From: an uncultured Rhizobiaceae bacterium | GTDB taxonomy: Bacteria > Pseudomonadota > Alphaproteobacteria > Rhizobiales > Rhizobiaceae | Direction: 5' to 3' | Length of the DNA stretch: 64,000 nt | NCBI GenBank assembly: GCA_964244725.1 | Contig: CAXTJQ010000010.1 | Coordinates: forward strand, 42,695-106,694 | In this document: positions 38,140-48,304 of the stretch, in pieces | Layout: the number at the start of each line of letters is the position of its first letter | How positions within the stretch are numbered: the stretch's first letter is position 1 | Notes under the pieces: generated by a model | Databases searched by the model: none | What the model saw: the letters and a program-made list of their open reading frames with translations, nothing else | Told to the model about the DNA's origin: nothing | Made by a program: the position numbers and the translations under genes

Positions 38140-39159
38140 TCACCCCCGCCGCGGCATCTTGAACGGCAGCAGCGCCTGCACCCAGCCCGATGCGAACCGA
38201 TCGAGGTCGACGCTTTCGTGGACCGCGTTGCGCTCGATGCCGTCGCGGTCGAAGCCGAGCATTGAGCGGCTGTAGAACGGCGTGTCCTCGAGCGTTCGCA
38301 GGATGCGCGCCGGCCGGTCGGCATGCGCGCGCGTGGACCGTGCGACCCGCCACCCGGTGCGCGCCAGCGCCTGGACGGGTTCGGCCTCGATCGGACGGAT
38401 AGAGCCGTCCGGGCAATAGTCGAGCGCCAGCCCGCGCCGCTGGCCGTCGCGCTGTTCGACATCGTAGAGGATGCGCGTCGACGCGCCTGCGTCCTCGCGA
38501 GACCACGTCCAGCTCCGGAAACCGGCTTCGAGCGGCTCCGATCCCGTGTTCAGGTCGACATAGGCGCGGCCTTGCCACTGCAGGCCGGGCTTTTCGAATC
38601 GGACGGTCGCGCGCGCCAGCGGCGCGATCGGCCGCCATTCGTGGCGACCCTTGGCATCGAGGCGATGGCTGTCGCCGAAAACCGCCCCGAGGTCGACCGT
38701 GATCCGGCCGCGCAATCGCCGGGGGACCGGCGCCGTCCATTCGTCGACATCGATGATAAGGCGTCCATCCGCGAAATGTAGGCTGCTCGGGCCGATCGCG
38801 ATATGATTCGCGGAACGTCGCACCGAATTGCGGCCGCGCTCCGTCATCGCCCAATGCTTGCCGCCGGGACTGTAAAGAATCGCGTTGATCGAGACGTGGT
38901 CGAGCGGGTCGGCGATCCCGCGTCTGCGCGCCCGTGCGTAATAGGGCGAGAATACGCTGCCGATGAAGGCGATGACGGTCAGTGCATGGTCGGCGTTTTC
39001 GCTGATCGCGTCGACGTACCACCAGGCGTAGCCGCTTTGTGCAACGTCGCGGTCGAAGCCAAATCCGCCGCCACCGCCTGCGCCGCATGCCGGCCCGACA
39101 GCGCGGCCATCGGGATGCCAGGCCCCGGATGCACCGCGCCCCCCGCCATGTACAGCCAC
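38140..39159 (-). CDS. crtC: Carotenoid 1,2-hydratase (hydroxyneurosporene synthase)
   Basis: GYAWWYVDAIS, IAFIGSVFSPYY, WAMTERG, LEDTPFYSRS and WVQALLPFKMPR; start uncertain (nearest in-frame start codon is the GTG at 39159). Confidence 0.88.
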   Translation of the reverse strand: MAVHGGGRGASGAWHPDGRAVGPACGAGGGGGFGFDRDVAQSGYAWWYVDAISENADHALTVIAFIGSVFSPYYARARRRGIADPLDHVSINAILYSPGGKHWAMTERGRNSVRRSANHIAIGPSSLHFADGRLIIDVDEWTAPVPRRLRGRITVDLGAVFGDSHRLDAKGRHEWRPIAPLARATVRFEKPGLQWQGRAYVDLNTGSEPLEAGFRSWTWSREDAGASTRILYDVEQRDGQRRGLALDYCPDGSIRPIEAEPVQALARTGWRVARSTRAHADRPARILRTLEDTPFYSRSMLGFDRDGIERNAVHESVDLDRFASGWVQALLPFKMPRRG

Positions 39160-40586
39160 TTGATCGGCGTCCGCGCCCCCGGCCGCTGGAACGACGCCGC
39201 CCATCCGTGCGAGGCCCGTCCGTAGAGCGCTCCCCCCGATCCCGGGAACAGCCTCGCGAAGTCCGAGGGCGTCGTCGTTCGGCGCTGCCCGGTCGGCGCC
39301 GAGAGGCTGAGCCCGGCGCGAGCCAGGCGTTCCTTCACCCGTGTCTCGCATGTCGCGATCTCCGCTTGGCTCAGGGGTCTGTCGTCGGCGCGCGCCGGGG
39401 CGTTGACCAGCAGCAGCAGCCGCTCGTCGCCGTCGGGCGCGACGCCTGCGACCGAGGCGTCGCGGTCCTGCGCGCAGACATAGATCGTCGGATCGGCGGG
39501 CAGAGTTCGTTCGCGGAAGATGTCGGCGAATTCGCGGGCGTAGTCGGCCGAGAAAAACACGGAATGGCGCGAGAGCGGAAAGCCCTCGGCCTTGCCCCTG
39601 ATCGACCAGGTCAGCGCCGACAGCGAACGCTCCTTCGGCTTCCAGGGCGCGGCGGCCGGCCGCGCGGCCTCGCCGAGCAGGCCGGAAAACAGCGCCGCCG
39701 GATCGCCGTTGAAGACGACCGCGTCGGCCTCGACCGTCTCGCCCGACGCCAGCCTCACGCCCTGCGCGACGCCGTCCCTGACGATGATCTCGGCGATTTC
39801 CGCGCCGTAGGAGAAGGCCACGCCGCGCACCCTTGCCAGCGCTTCCAGCGCCTCCGCGATGCGCATCATGCCGCCCTCGACCAGCCAGACGCCGGTCTGC
39901 TCGACATGCGCGATCAGCATCAGGGGCCCCGGCGCCTCGAACGGCGACGACCCGCAATAGGTCGCGTAGCGCCCGAAGAGCTGGCGCAGGCGCGGATCGC
40001 GGAAATACCCTTCGATCACCTTGCCCAGCGCCGTGAACGGCTTGATCCGCGCCAGCGCGACGAGGCCGCTCAGTCCGGCGTTGCGGGCAAGCCCGATCGG
40101 GCTCGGCGACGGGTTCTCCATGAAGGAGGCGTTCAGCGACTGGAAAACCTCTTCCGTGCGCTGGCAGAAGTCGAGATAGCCCCTGGCTTCCTTCGCGCCG
40201 GCGAGTCGCCCCACGGCGTCGGCGGATGCCGCCCGGTCGGCATGGAGGTCGAAGGTCGAGCCGTCCTCCCAGGAATGGCGCGCAAGGATGTCAGCGCGGA
40301 CGAGCCTGACGTGGTCGTCGACCGATGCGCCCACCGCCGCGAAGATCGCGTCGAACACCCAGCGCATGGTGAAGACGGTCGGGCCGGAATCGACGCCGCG
40401 CCCGCCGACCACGACCTCGCGAAGCTTCCCGCCGGGCCGGTCGTTCTTCTCGAGAACGGTGACGGCATGGCCCTGGGCGCCCAGCAGGAGCCCAGCGACG
40501 AGCCCGCCCATCCCGGCGCCGACGACGACCACACGGCGTCGGGCGGGGGAGCGGGATTTGCCTTGAGTGTCAACTTTGATAAACAT
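38979..40586 (-). CDS. crtD: Carotenoid 3,4-desaturase
   Basis: VVVGAGMGGL, DSGPTVFTMRWVF, QLFGRYATYCGSSP and HPGPGIPMAALSG. Confidence 0.94.
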   Translation of the reverse strand: MFIKVDTQGKSRSPARRRVVVVGAGMGGLVAGLLLGAQGHAVTVLEKNDRPGGKLREVVVGGRGVDSGPTVFTMRWVFDAIFAAVGASVDDHVRLVRADILARHSWEDGSTFDLHADRAASADAVGRLAGAKEARGYLDFCQRTEEVFQSLNASFMENPSPSPIGLARNAGLSGLVALARIKPFTALGKVIEGYFRDPRLRQLFGRYATYCGSSPFEAPGPLMLIAHVEQTGVWLVEGGMMRIAEALEALARVRGVAFSYGAEIAEIIVRDGVAQGVRLASGETVEADAVVFNGDPAALFSGLLGEAARPAAAPWKPKERSLSALTWSIRGKAEGFPLSRHSVFFSADYAREFADIFRERTLPADPTIYVCAQDRDASVAGVAPDGDERLLLLVNAPARADDRPLSQAEIATCETRVKERLARAGLSLSAPTGQRRTTTPSDFARLFPGSGGALYGRASHGWAASFQRPGARTPIKWLYMAGGAVHPGPGIPMAALSGRHAAQAVAADLASTATLHKAATPGGTSTRSAKTPTMH

Positions 40587-40611
40587 GGGCTTGTGTCAAT
40601 TATCATTTACA
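40568..40611. promoter_or_regulatory. Tandem PpsR/CrtJ operator in the divergent crtD/crtE promoter
   Basis: TGTCAACTTTGATAAACA (40568-40585) and TGTCAATTATCATTTACA (40594-40611) are both perfect and 8 bp apart. Confidence 0.92.
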
Positions 40612-40653
40612 GGCATGCTCGTCCACAGAAGATGACAGACTGGAGGGGCCGGC

Positions 40654-41532
40654 ATGTCGGGCGAGGATCTTTCGCAAAGGATCGAGGACGCGCTGCAACG
40701 CTCCTTGACGCGGGCGACCGGGCCGTCGGCGCCGCCCCTGCTGGCGGCGGCTTTCGCGCATTCCGTATTCCCCGCCGGTCAGCGAATCCGGCCGCGCCTG
40801 ACGCTGTCGGTGGCGCTGGCCTGCGGCGACGACCAGCCGATCCTTTCCAATGCGGCTGCCTCCGCCATCGAACTGCTGCACTGCGCGTCCCTGGTCCATG
40901 ACGATATGCCGTGCTTCGACAATGCGGATACGCGGCGCGGCAAGGCGTCCGTGCATGCCGCCTATGGCGAGCCGCTGGCGCTGCTCGCGGGCGACGGGCT
41001 CATCATCCTGGCCTTCGAGACCGTCGCGCTGGCGGCCGTCGCCGACGCGCTTCGCTCGGCGAGCCTCTCGCTGATCATCGCGCGCTCGGTCGGCATGCCG
41101 CACGGCATCGTCGCCGGCCAGGGCTGGGAAAGCGAAGCCTCGCCAGACCTCGCGCTCTACCAGCGCGCCAAGACCGGCTCGCTGTTCGCCGGCGCCGCGA
41201 TGGCGGGCGCAGCCTCTGCCGGCCATGCCGCCGAACCCTGGGGAACGCTCGGCTATCGGCTGGGCGAGGCCTACCAGGTCGCCGACGACATCCGCGACGT
41301 GATGTGCAGCGCTGCCGACATCGGCAAGCCCGTCGGCCAGGACGAAGCGCTCGGCCGCCCCAACGCGGTGCATGAACTGGGCGTTCGCGGCGCGACGCGC
41401 AAGCTCGTCGACTTGGTCGAGGGCGCGGCCGAATCGGTGCCGGAATGCGTCGGGGCGCTCGGCCTGAAGGCGCAGATCAGGGCCCAGGCGAGCCGCTTCC
41501 TGCCAAAGGAAGCCGCTCAGCACGCGGCATAA
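40654..41532 (+). CDS. crtE: Geranylgeranyl diphosphate synthase
   Basis: IELLHCASLVHDDMPCFD..RRG, KTG and YQVADD motifs. Confidence 0.95.
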   Translation: MSGEDLSQRIEDALQRSLTRATGPSAPPLLAAAFAHSVFPAGQRIRPRLTLSVALACGDDQPILSNAAASAIELLHCASLVHDDMPCFDNADTRRGKASVHAAYGEPLALLAGDGLIILAFETVALAAVADALRSASLSLIIARSVGMPHGIVAGQGWESEASPDLALYQRAKTGSLFAGAAMAGAASAGHAAEPWGTLGYRLGEAYQVADDIRDVMCSAADIGKPVGQDEALGRPNAVHELGVRGATRKLVDLVEGAAESVPECVGALGLKAQIRAQASRFLPKEAAQHAA

Positions 41533-41558
41533 GCCGTGACGCAAGGCGGGATGACGCC

Positions 41559-42680
41559 ATGCTGGCCGTCTGGATCGATCGCTTCCGCGATTTCCGCAAC
41601 CGCAAGGTCGCCGACCCGGCCTTCAGGCGCTGGGCCGGCCGCTTTCCGCTGACCCGGCCGATCGCGCGCCGCCAGGCGAAAACACTTTTCGATATCACCG
41701 CGGGTTTCGTCTATTCGCAGGTGCTCGCCGCCTGCGTGCGGGTCGACCTGTTCGAGATGCTGTCGGGCGGCCCGCTGGCGACTGATACGATCGCCGGCCG
41801 CATCGATCTGCCCCGCGAGGGCGCGACGCGTCTGCTCAAGGCCGCCGCCGCGCTCGACCTCGTCGAGGCGCGCGGCCTGGACCGCTATGCGCTTGGCGGG
41901 CTCGGCGCGGCGCTGGTCGGCAATGCCGGCGTCAAGGCGATGATTCTGCATCACGACATCCTCTATGGCGATCTGCGCGATCCGCTTGCGCTGCTGGCTG
42001 GCCGGAGCAAGGCCGAGTTGAAGCGATATTGGGCCTATGCCGGCGGCGACCGCTCCACGCCGGCCGAGCCGAGGCGGCATGGCGACTACACAAGACTGAT
42101 GGCGGCCTCGCAGGCTTTCGTCACGGCGGAGATTCTCGACGCCTACCCGCTCGGCACGCACCGGTCCATGCTCGATGTCGGCGGCGGCGACGGCGCCTTC
42201 CTGATCGCCGCGGCACAGGCCGCGACTCAGCTCACCCTCGCGCTGTTCGATCTGCCGCCGGTCGCGGCCCTGGCCCGGCAACGCATCCTGGCCGCCGGTC
42301 TCGCCGGCCGGGCGAAAGCCCATGGCGGCAGTTTTTTCGACGACGCGCTGCCGCAAGGCGCCGATCTCTTCACTTTGAACAGGGTGTTGCACGACCACGA
42401 CGATCCGGCGGCGCGTGCGCTCCTCAAGGCGATTCGCAAGGCGATCGCGCCGCAAGGGACACTGCTGATCGCCGAGCCGATGTCAGGAACGCCCGGCGCG
42501 AAAGCCAGCGGCGATGCCTATTTCGGCTTCTATCTGCTGGCCATGGGGCAGGGACGCCCGCGCACCCTCGAAGAGATCAAGGCCTTGCTTGCGAATGCCG
42601 GGTTCGGCGCGGCGCGCGAGATCGCGACCAACACGCCGCTCATCGCAAGGATCGTCGTCGCGCATCCGCGCGAATCCTGA
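41559..42680 (+). CDS. crtF: Hydroxyneurosporene/demethylspheroidene O-methyltransferase
   Basis: LFDITAGFVYSQVL, LDVGGGDG, RVLHDH and IAEPM; start MLAVWI at 41559. Confidence 0.93.
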   Translation: MLAVWIDRFRDFRNRKVADPAFRRWAGRFPLTRPIARRQAKTLFDITAGFVYSQVLAACVRVDLFEMLSGGPLATDTIAGRIDLPREGATRLLKAAAALDLVEARGLDRYALGGLGAALVGNAGVKAMILHHDILYGDLRDPLALLAGRSKAELKRYWAYAGGDRSTPAEPRRHGDYTRLMAASQAFVTAEILDAYPLGTHRSMLDVGGGDGAFLIAAAQAATQLTLALFDLPPVAALARQRILAAGLAGRAKAHGGSFFDDALPQGADLFTLNRVLHDHDDPAARALLKAIRKAIAPQGTLLIAEPMSGTPGAKASGDAYFGFYLLAMGQGRPRTLEEIKALLANAGFGAAREIATNTPLIARIVVAHPRES

Positions 42681-42714
42681 AGCGAGCCGATCCTCATCGA
42701 TCTCGCCTGCAAAG

Positions 42715-42758
42715 TGTAAAATCCAATTGACAACCTTTAGTGTAAAGCTATTCTGACA
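42715..42758. promoter_or_regulatory. Tandem PpsR/CrtJ operator of the bchC promoter
   Basis: TGTAAAATCCAATTGACA (42715-42732) and TGTAAAGCTATTCTGACA (42741-42758) are both perfect and 8 bp apart. Confidence 0.95.
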
Positions 42759-42797
42759 CGTGCGGTTCGGAACGGCGCTTGAGGGGAGGAGGATGCG

Positions 42798-43736
42798 ATG
42801 AAAACAAATGCGATCGTCCTCGAACGACCCGGCGAGCTCGCTCTTTGCCAGCTCGGTCTGAACGATCCGGCGTCTGACGATGTCGTCGTCGACATCGAAT
42901 GGAGCGGCATCTCCACGGGCACGGAAAAATTGCTCTGGTCGGGCCGTATGCCGTCCTTCCCCGGCATGGGATATCCTCTTGTGCCGGGCTACGAATCGAT
43001 CGGCCGCGTCGTCGAGGCGGGCCGCGACGCGGGTCGCCGCGACGGCGAACGCGTCTTTGTTCCCGGGGCTAATTGTTATCAGGGCGCGCGCGGGCTTTTC
43101 GGCGGCGCATCCTCCCGCGTCGTCGTCGCGGGCCGCAAGGCGACCCCGGTCGCCGAGAGCCTGGGAGATCGGGCGATCCTGCTGGCGCTTGCCGCCACCG
43201 CCTACCATGCGGTCGGCCCGGAAAGCCGGAAGCCGCCGCAATTGATTGTCGGCCATGGCGTGCTCGGCAGGCTGATCGCGCGGATCGCGGTCGCTCACGG
43301 CGCCGAGCCGACCGTCTGGGAAACCAATCCGGTTCGCCGCTCCGGCGCCGACGGCTATGCCGTCCTGCATCCCGACGAGGATCCGCGCCGCGACTACGCC
43401 GCCGTCTGCGATGTGAGCGGCGATTGCGACATCCTCGACGCGCTCGTGGCGCGCCTCGTGCGCGGCGGCGAAATCACGCTCGCCGGTTTCTACGACCAGC
43501 GCCTGTCCTTCGCCTTCCCGGCGGCGTTCATGCGCGAGGCGACATTCCGCATCGCCGCCGAATGGCGCGAGGGCGATCTCGCCGCAGTCGAACGCCTGGT
43601 CGAGCGCGGCAGCCTCTCGCTTGATGGCCTGATTACCCATTCCAGCGCCCCCGAAGCCTTCGAGAGCGCCTACGCCACCGCTTTCACCGATTCGAATTGC
43701 CTGAAGATGGTCCTCGACTGGAGGCAAGCCGCATGA
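42798..43736 (+). CDS. bchC: Bacteriochlorophyllide a (3-hydroxyethyl) dehydrogenase
   Basis: WSGISTGTEKLLWSGRMP.FPGMGYPLVPGYE, GHGVLGRL and CLKMVLDW. Confidence 0.97.
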   Translation: MKTNAIVLERPGELALCQLGLNDPASDDVVVDIEWSGISTGTEKLLWSGRMPSFPGMGYPLVPGYESIGRVVEAGRDAGRRDGERVFVPGANCYQGARGLFGGASSRVVVAGRKATPVAESLGDRAILLALAATAYHAVGPESRKPPQLIVGHGVLGRLIARIAVAHGAEPTVWETNPVRRSGADGYAVLHPDEDPRRDYAAVCDVSGDCDILDALVARLVRGGEITLAGFYDQRLSFAFPAAFMREATFRIAAEWREGDLAAVERLVERGSLSLDGLITHSSAPEAFESAYATAFTDSNCLKMVLDWRQAA

Positions 43737-44746
43737 ATGCACACATCAAAACCCCCGAAGGCGGGTTGATGGCGCTGGTCGAGAGCGTGCGCGCCGAAGC
43801 GGCGATGGCGCTCGATCCGGTGCATGTCGGCGAGGTCAAGAAGGAAACGCAGATCATCGCGATCTACGGCAAGGGCGGCATCGGCAAGTCGTTCACGCTG
43901 GCCAACCTCAGCCACATGATGGCGCAGCAGGGCAAGCGGGTGCTGCTGATCGGCTGCGACCCGAAAAGCGACACCACCTCGCTGCTGTTCGGCGGACGCG
44001 CCTGCCCGACCATCATCGAAACCTCGGCGCGCAAGAAGGCCGCCGGCGAAGAGGTCGAGATCGGCGACGTCTGCTTCAAGAAGGGCGGCGTCTTCGCCAT
44101 GGAGCTCGGCGGACCCGAGGTCGGCCGAGGCTGCGGCGGCCGCGGCATCATCCACGGGTTCGAGCTTCTGGAAAAGCTCGGCTTCCACGACTGGGGCTTC
44201 GACTATGTCCTGCTCGATTTCCTCGGCGATGTCGTCTGCGGCGGCTTCGGGCTGCCGATCGCCCGCGACATGTGCCAGAAGGTGATCGTCGTCGGCTCCA
44301 ACGATCTGCAGTCGCTCTACGTCGCCAACAATGTCTGCTCCGCGGTCGACTACTTCCGCAAGCTCGGCGGCAATGTCGGCGTCGCCGGCATGGTCATCAA
44401 CAAGGACGACGGCACCGGCGAGGCCGCGGCTTTCGCGGCCAAGGTCGGGATTCCGGTGTTGGCGGCGATCCCCGCCAACGACGACATCCGCAAGAAAAGC
44501 GCGAACTACCAGATCATCGGCGTCCCGGGCGGCGAGTGGGGTTCGCTGTTCGAGGAATTGGCGCAAAACGTCACCGATTCGGGACCGCAGCGGCCGACGC
44601 CTCTGACGCAGGACGAGTTGCTCGGCCTTTTTTCCGCCAGCCAGACAGGCGGCAACGTCGTTCTGGAGCCTGCAAGCCAGGCTGACATGCGCGGCGGGAT
44701 CGTCATCAGCAAGGCGTCGCTCGAAGTCGTGTACGACGCGGTGTGA
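43733..44746 (+). CDS. bchX: Chlorophyllide a reductase iron protein X
   Basis: [31 protein letters not shown] and [11 protein letters not shown]; start MNAHI at 43733. Confidence 0.97.
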   Translation: MNAHIKTPEGGLMALVESVRAEAAMALDPVHVGEVKKETQIIAIYGKGGIGKSFTLANLSHMMAQQGKRVLLIGCDPKSDTTSLLFGGRACPTIIETSARKKAAGEEVEIGDVCFKKGGVFAMELGGPEVGRGCGGRGIIHGFELLEKLGFHDWGFDYVLLDFLGDVVCGGFGLPIARDMCQKVIVVGSNDLQSLYVANNVCSAVDYFRKLGGNVGVAGMVINKDDGTGEAAAFAAKVGIPVLAAIPANDDIRKKSANYQIIGVPGGEWGSLFEELAQNVTDSGPQRPTPLTQDELLGLFSASQTGGNVVLEPASQADMRGGIVISKASLEVVYDAV

Positions 44747-46470
44747 CGATGAACCCGCGCGCAACCCGAACCGGCGTCGAGCCCACCGCTTCCACCAAGG
44801 CGGTCTACGATGCGGCGTGGGTCGCGCGAATCGACAATGCGGATTCGTCTTTGCCGCCGCCGCCCCCTCCACCGCCTTCGGCGGTTCCCCTCCCCCGTGA
44901 ACGGGGGAGGATCGAGGTCGAGGCTGTCCGCGACGCCGGATCCTCCCCTGCAAAGCGGGGGAGGGGGACCGCCGAAGGCGGTGGAGGGGGCGCGCCCGAT
45001 ATCGCAGCCTCCGGCTGTCACGGCGGCAAGGCCGAGTTCGTCCGCGCCGCGGAAGCCGCCGGCAACGGCGAACTGATGCAGAAGCTAAAGACCGACTATC
45101 CGCAGGGTCCGCACGACCAGCCGCAGTCCATGTGCCCGGCCTTCGGATCGCTCCGCGTCGGCCTGCGCATGCGCCGCACCGCGACGATTCTGTCCGGCTC
45201 GGCCTGTTGCGTCTACGGCCTGACCTTCACCTCGCATTTCTACGGCGCGAAACGCACCGTCGGCTACGTGCCGTTCAATTCCGAGACGCTGGTCACCGGC
45301 AAGCTCTACGAGGACATCCGCGATGCGGTCCACACGCTCGCCGATCCGGAACTCTACGATACCATCATTGTCACAAACCTCTGCGTGCCGACCGCGTCGG
45401 GCGTGCCGCTGCGCGCTCTGCCCAAGGAAATCAACGGCGTGCGCATCGTCGGCATCGACGTGCCTGGCTTCGGCGTGCCGACCCATGCCGAAGCCAAGGA
45501 CGTGCTCGCCGGCGCCATGCTCAACTACGCCCGGCTCGAAGCCGCCGCCGGGCCTGTCCCGCAGCCTAAATCCGGCAAATCCGGCCGGCCGACGATCACG
45601 CTGCTCGGCGAGATGTTCCCGGTCGATCCGGTCACCATCGGCCGCATGTTGGAGCCGCTGGGCCTCGCCGCCGGCCCTGTCGTGCCGACGCGCGAATGGC
45701 GCGAGCTCTATGGCGCGCTCGACTGCGCGGCCGTGGCCGCGATCCATCCTTTCTATACGGCCTCGGTCCGCGAGTTCCATGCCGCCGGCCGCGACGTGGT
45801 CGGCTCCGCGCCGGTCGGCGTCGAGGGCACGGCCGCCTGGCTGGATGCGATCGGCGAAGCCTGCGGCATCCCGGTCCGCACCGTCGACGCCGCCAAGGCG
45901 CCGATCCTGGCCGCGACCAAAGCCGCGCTCGAAGGCGCGCCGATCACGGCGCGCATCACGCTGTCGGGTTACGAAGGCTCCGAACTCATCGTCGGCCGCC
46001 TGCTCAAGGAATCCGGCGCCGATCTCCGCTATGTCGGCACCGCCTGCCCCAGGACGAAATGGAACGAGCCGGACGCCGACTGGCTGCGGGCGCATGGCGT
46101 GCATGTCGAGTTCCGCGCTTCGCTCGAGAAGGACATCGCCGCCGTCGAGAGTTTCGAGCCCGACCTCGCCATCGGCACGACGCCGGTCGTCCAGCACGCC
46201 AAGCAGAAGAGCATCCCATCGCTCTATTTCACCAATCTCATCTCGGCGCGTCCGCTGATGGGTCCGGCCGGCGCCGGTTCGCTCGCCCAGGTCATCAACG
46301 CCGCGGTCGGCAACAAGGGCCGCTTCGAGACGATGACCGCCTTCTTCGAGGGCGTCGGCAAGGATCACACCGCCGGCGTCTGGCATGATCCGCACCGGCT
46401 GCCCGAGAAGCCGAAGGCTCGCAAGCCGCTCGTCGCCGCCAAATCCTCCGTCACCATGCAGGATTTCTGA
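44743..46470 (+). CDS. bchY: Chlorophyllide a reductase subunit Y, with an N-terminal repeat-derived insertion
   Basis: [34 protein letters not shown] and [11 protein letters not shown]. Confidence 0.96.
   Translation: MTMNPRATRTGVEPTASTKAVYDAAWVARIDNADSSLPPPPPPPPSAVPLPRERGRIEVEAVRDAGSSPAKRGRGTAEGGGGGAPDIAASGCHGGKAEFVRAAEAAGNGELMQKLKTDYPQGPHDQPQSMCPAFGSLRVGLRMRRTATILSGSACCVYGLTFTSHFYGAKRTVGYVPFNSETLVTGKLYEDIRDAVHTLADPELYDTIIVTNLCVPTASGVPLRALPKEINGVRIVGIDVPGFGVPTHAEAKDVLAGAMLNYARLEAAAGPVPQPKSGKSGRPTITLLGEMFPVDPVTIGRMLEPLGLAAGPVVPTREWRELYGALDCAAVAAIHPFYTASVREFHAAGRDVVGSAPVGVEGTAAWLDAIGEACGIPVRTVDAAKAPILAATKAALEGAPITARITLSGYEGSELIVGRLLKESGADLRYVGTACPRTKWNEPDADWLRAHGVHVEFRASLEKDIAAVESFEPDLAIGTTPVVQHAKQKSIPSLYFTNLISARPLMGPAGAGSLAQVINAAVGNKGRFETMTAFFEGVGKDHTAGVWHDPHRLPEKPKARKPLVAAKSSVTMQDF
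44861..44992. repeat. 132-bp palindromic element (53/54-bp imperfect inverted arms) in frame within bchY
   Basis: Left arm 44861-44913 CGCCCCCTCCACCGCCTTCGGCGGTTCCCCTCCCCCGTGAACGGGGGAGGATC mirrors right arm 44939-44992; length is 44 codons; related to 38008-38112. Confidence 0.9.
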
Positions 46471-46471
46471 C

Positions 46472-47917
46472 ATGCTGGTGTTGGATCACGATCGCGCCGG
46501 CGGCTACTGGGGCTCGGTCTACGTCTTTGCCGCGCTGAAGGGCCTGCAGGTCATCATCGACGGCCCGGTCGGGTGCGAGAACCTGCCCGTCACCTCGGTG
46601 CTGCACTACACGGACGCGCTGCCGCCGCACGAACTGCCGATCGTCGTCACCGGTCTCGGCGAGGAGGAACTCGGCCAGAAGGGCACCGAAGGCGCGATGA
46701 AACGCGCCCATGCGGTGCTCGACCCGACCAAGCCCAGCGTCGTCGTGACCGGCTCGATCGCCGAGATGATCGGCGGCGGCGTCACGCCGGAAGGCACGCG
46801 CATCATGCGCTTCCTTCCGCGCACCATCGACGAGGACCAGTGGCAGAGCGCCGACCGCGCGCTGGCCTGGCTCTGGAAGGAATTCGGGCCGAAGAAGAAC
46901 GCGAAGGTCAAGGCGAGAGACGAAGGCGCCAAACCCCGCGTCAACATTATCGGGCCGATCTACGGCACGTTCAACATGCCGTCGGACCTGGCCGAAATCC
47001 GCCGCGTCGTCGAAGGCATCGGCTGCGAGATCAACCTGGTCTTCCCGCTCGGGACCGATATCGCCGACGTTCCGAAGCTCGCCGACGCCGACGTCAACAT
47101 CTGCCTCTACCGCGAATTCGGCCGGAAGCTCTGCGAGACGCTCGACAAGCCCTATCTGCAGGCGCCGATCGGCCTGCATTCCACCACGGCGTTCCTCGAA
47201 AAGCTCGGCGAACTGACCGGCCTCGACCCGCAGCCGTTCATCGCGCGCGAAAAGATGACGACGATCAAGCCCCTATGGGATCTGTGGCGCTCGGTCACGC
47301 AGGATTTCTATGCCACCGCCAGTTTCGGCATCGTCGCCAGCGAAACCTACGCGCGCGGCATCCGCAATTTCCTCGAGAACGACATGGGCTTCCCCTGCGC
47401 CTTCGCCTTCGCCAGACGCGCCGGCCAGAAGACGCACAATGACGAGGTCCGCAAGGCGATCCACGACAAGCAGCCGCTGATCCTGTTCGGCTCTTTCAAC
47501 GAGCGCATGTATTCGGCGGAGGCCGGCGGCCGCTCGTCCTACATCCCCGCCTCGTTCCCGGGCGCGATCATCCGCCGCCACACCGGCACGCCGTTCATGG
47601 GCTACGCCGGCGCCACCTATCTGGTGCAGGAGATCTGCAACGCGCTGTTCGACGCGCTCTTCCGCATGATCCCGCTGGGAACGGACCTCGACAAGGTCGA
47701 GGCGACGCCGGCGCGGCTGCACCACGAACTGCCATGGGACGACGACGCCTTGGCGATGCTCGACCGCGCGGTCGAATCTCATCCGGTGCTGGTCCGCATT
47801 TCGGCGGCCAAGCGGCTGCGCGACCGCATCGAGGAGACCGCCCGCAAGGCCGGCAAGGAGAGGGTCGACGCGGCCCGGGCGAGACAGGTTTTGGAAAGCG
47901 AGCTTCACACGGCGTGA
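46472..47917 (+). CDS. bchZ: Chlorophyllide a reductase subunit Z
   Basis: [24 protein letters not shown] and [14 protein letters not shown]. Confidence 0.97.
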   Translation: MLVLDHDRAGGYWGSVYVFAALKGLQVIIDGPVGCENLPVTSVLHYTDALPPHELPIVVTGLGEEELGQKGTEGAMKRAHAVLDPTKPSVVVTGSIAEMIGGGVTPEGTRIMRFLPRTIDEDQWQSADRALAWLWKEFGPKKNAKVKARDEGAKPRVNIIGPIYGTFNMPSDLAEIRRVVEGIGCEINLVFPLGTDIADVPKLADADVNICLYREFGRKLCETLDKPYLQAPIGLHSTTAFLEKLGELTGLDPQPFIAREKMTTIKPLWDLWRSVTQDFYATASFGIVASETYARGIRNFLENDMGFPCAFAFARRAGQKTHNDEVRKAIHDKQPLILFGSFNERMYSAEAGGRSSYIPASFPGAIIRRHTGTPFMGYAGATYLVQEICNALFDALFRMIPLGTDLDKVEATPARLHHELPWDDDALAMLDRAVESHPVLVRISAAKRLRDRIEETARKAGKERVDAARARQVLESELHTA

Positions 47918-47951
47918 TGCCGCGCGAAGCCGGGGTTCGGAGGAGACGACG

Positions 47952-48188
47952 ATGGCCAATGCCGATTGCGCGAGATTGATCTCGGTCGAAGAGCGCCGCC
48001 GCTGCGAGCGGCGTCATGCGCGCCTCATGTTCGGCATCGCCTATCCGCTGTGCCTGGCGATCGCGCTCGCGGCGCGGCTGATGCCGAAAGCGTGGCGCGC
48101 GTCGATGATGGGTTTCGACGGCCGGCAGTCCCTGTTCAGGGAAGCGAGGGACGCCGCCTCGATGTGCATTCCGTTCGCCTTCCGGTGA
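47952..48188 (+). CDS. pufQ: PufQ-like small membrane protein
   Basis: 78 aa with one central hydrophobic helix, between bchZ and pufB; called on position and architecture only. Confidence 0.65.
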   Translation: MANADCARLISVEERRRCERRHARLMFGIAYPLCLAIALAARLMPKAWRASMMGFDGRQSLFREARDAASMCIPFAFR

Positions 48189-48304
48189 ACGACGGGTTTC
48201 CAGGCGGTTCGCCGCCCGGAAAATGTCGCGGCGTCAAACCGCGGCATGAAGGCCGCACGGTTCTCGTGCGGTAATGGCCGAAAGGTCAAACGAAGGAGGT
48301 AGAT

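Noticed and set aside
38140-39957. 605-aa CrtC
   Set aside because: The N-terminal ~270 codons are an off-frame reading of crtD with no CrtC similarity; only the short overlap is retained as a finding.
38008-44992. CRISPR or IS interpretation of the two related palindromes
   Set aside because: Only two copies, 6.8 kb apart, with no spacers, cas genes or transposase in the window.
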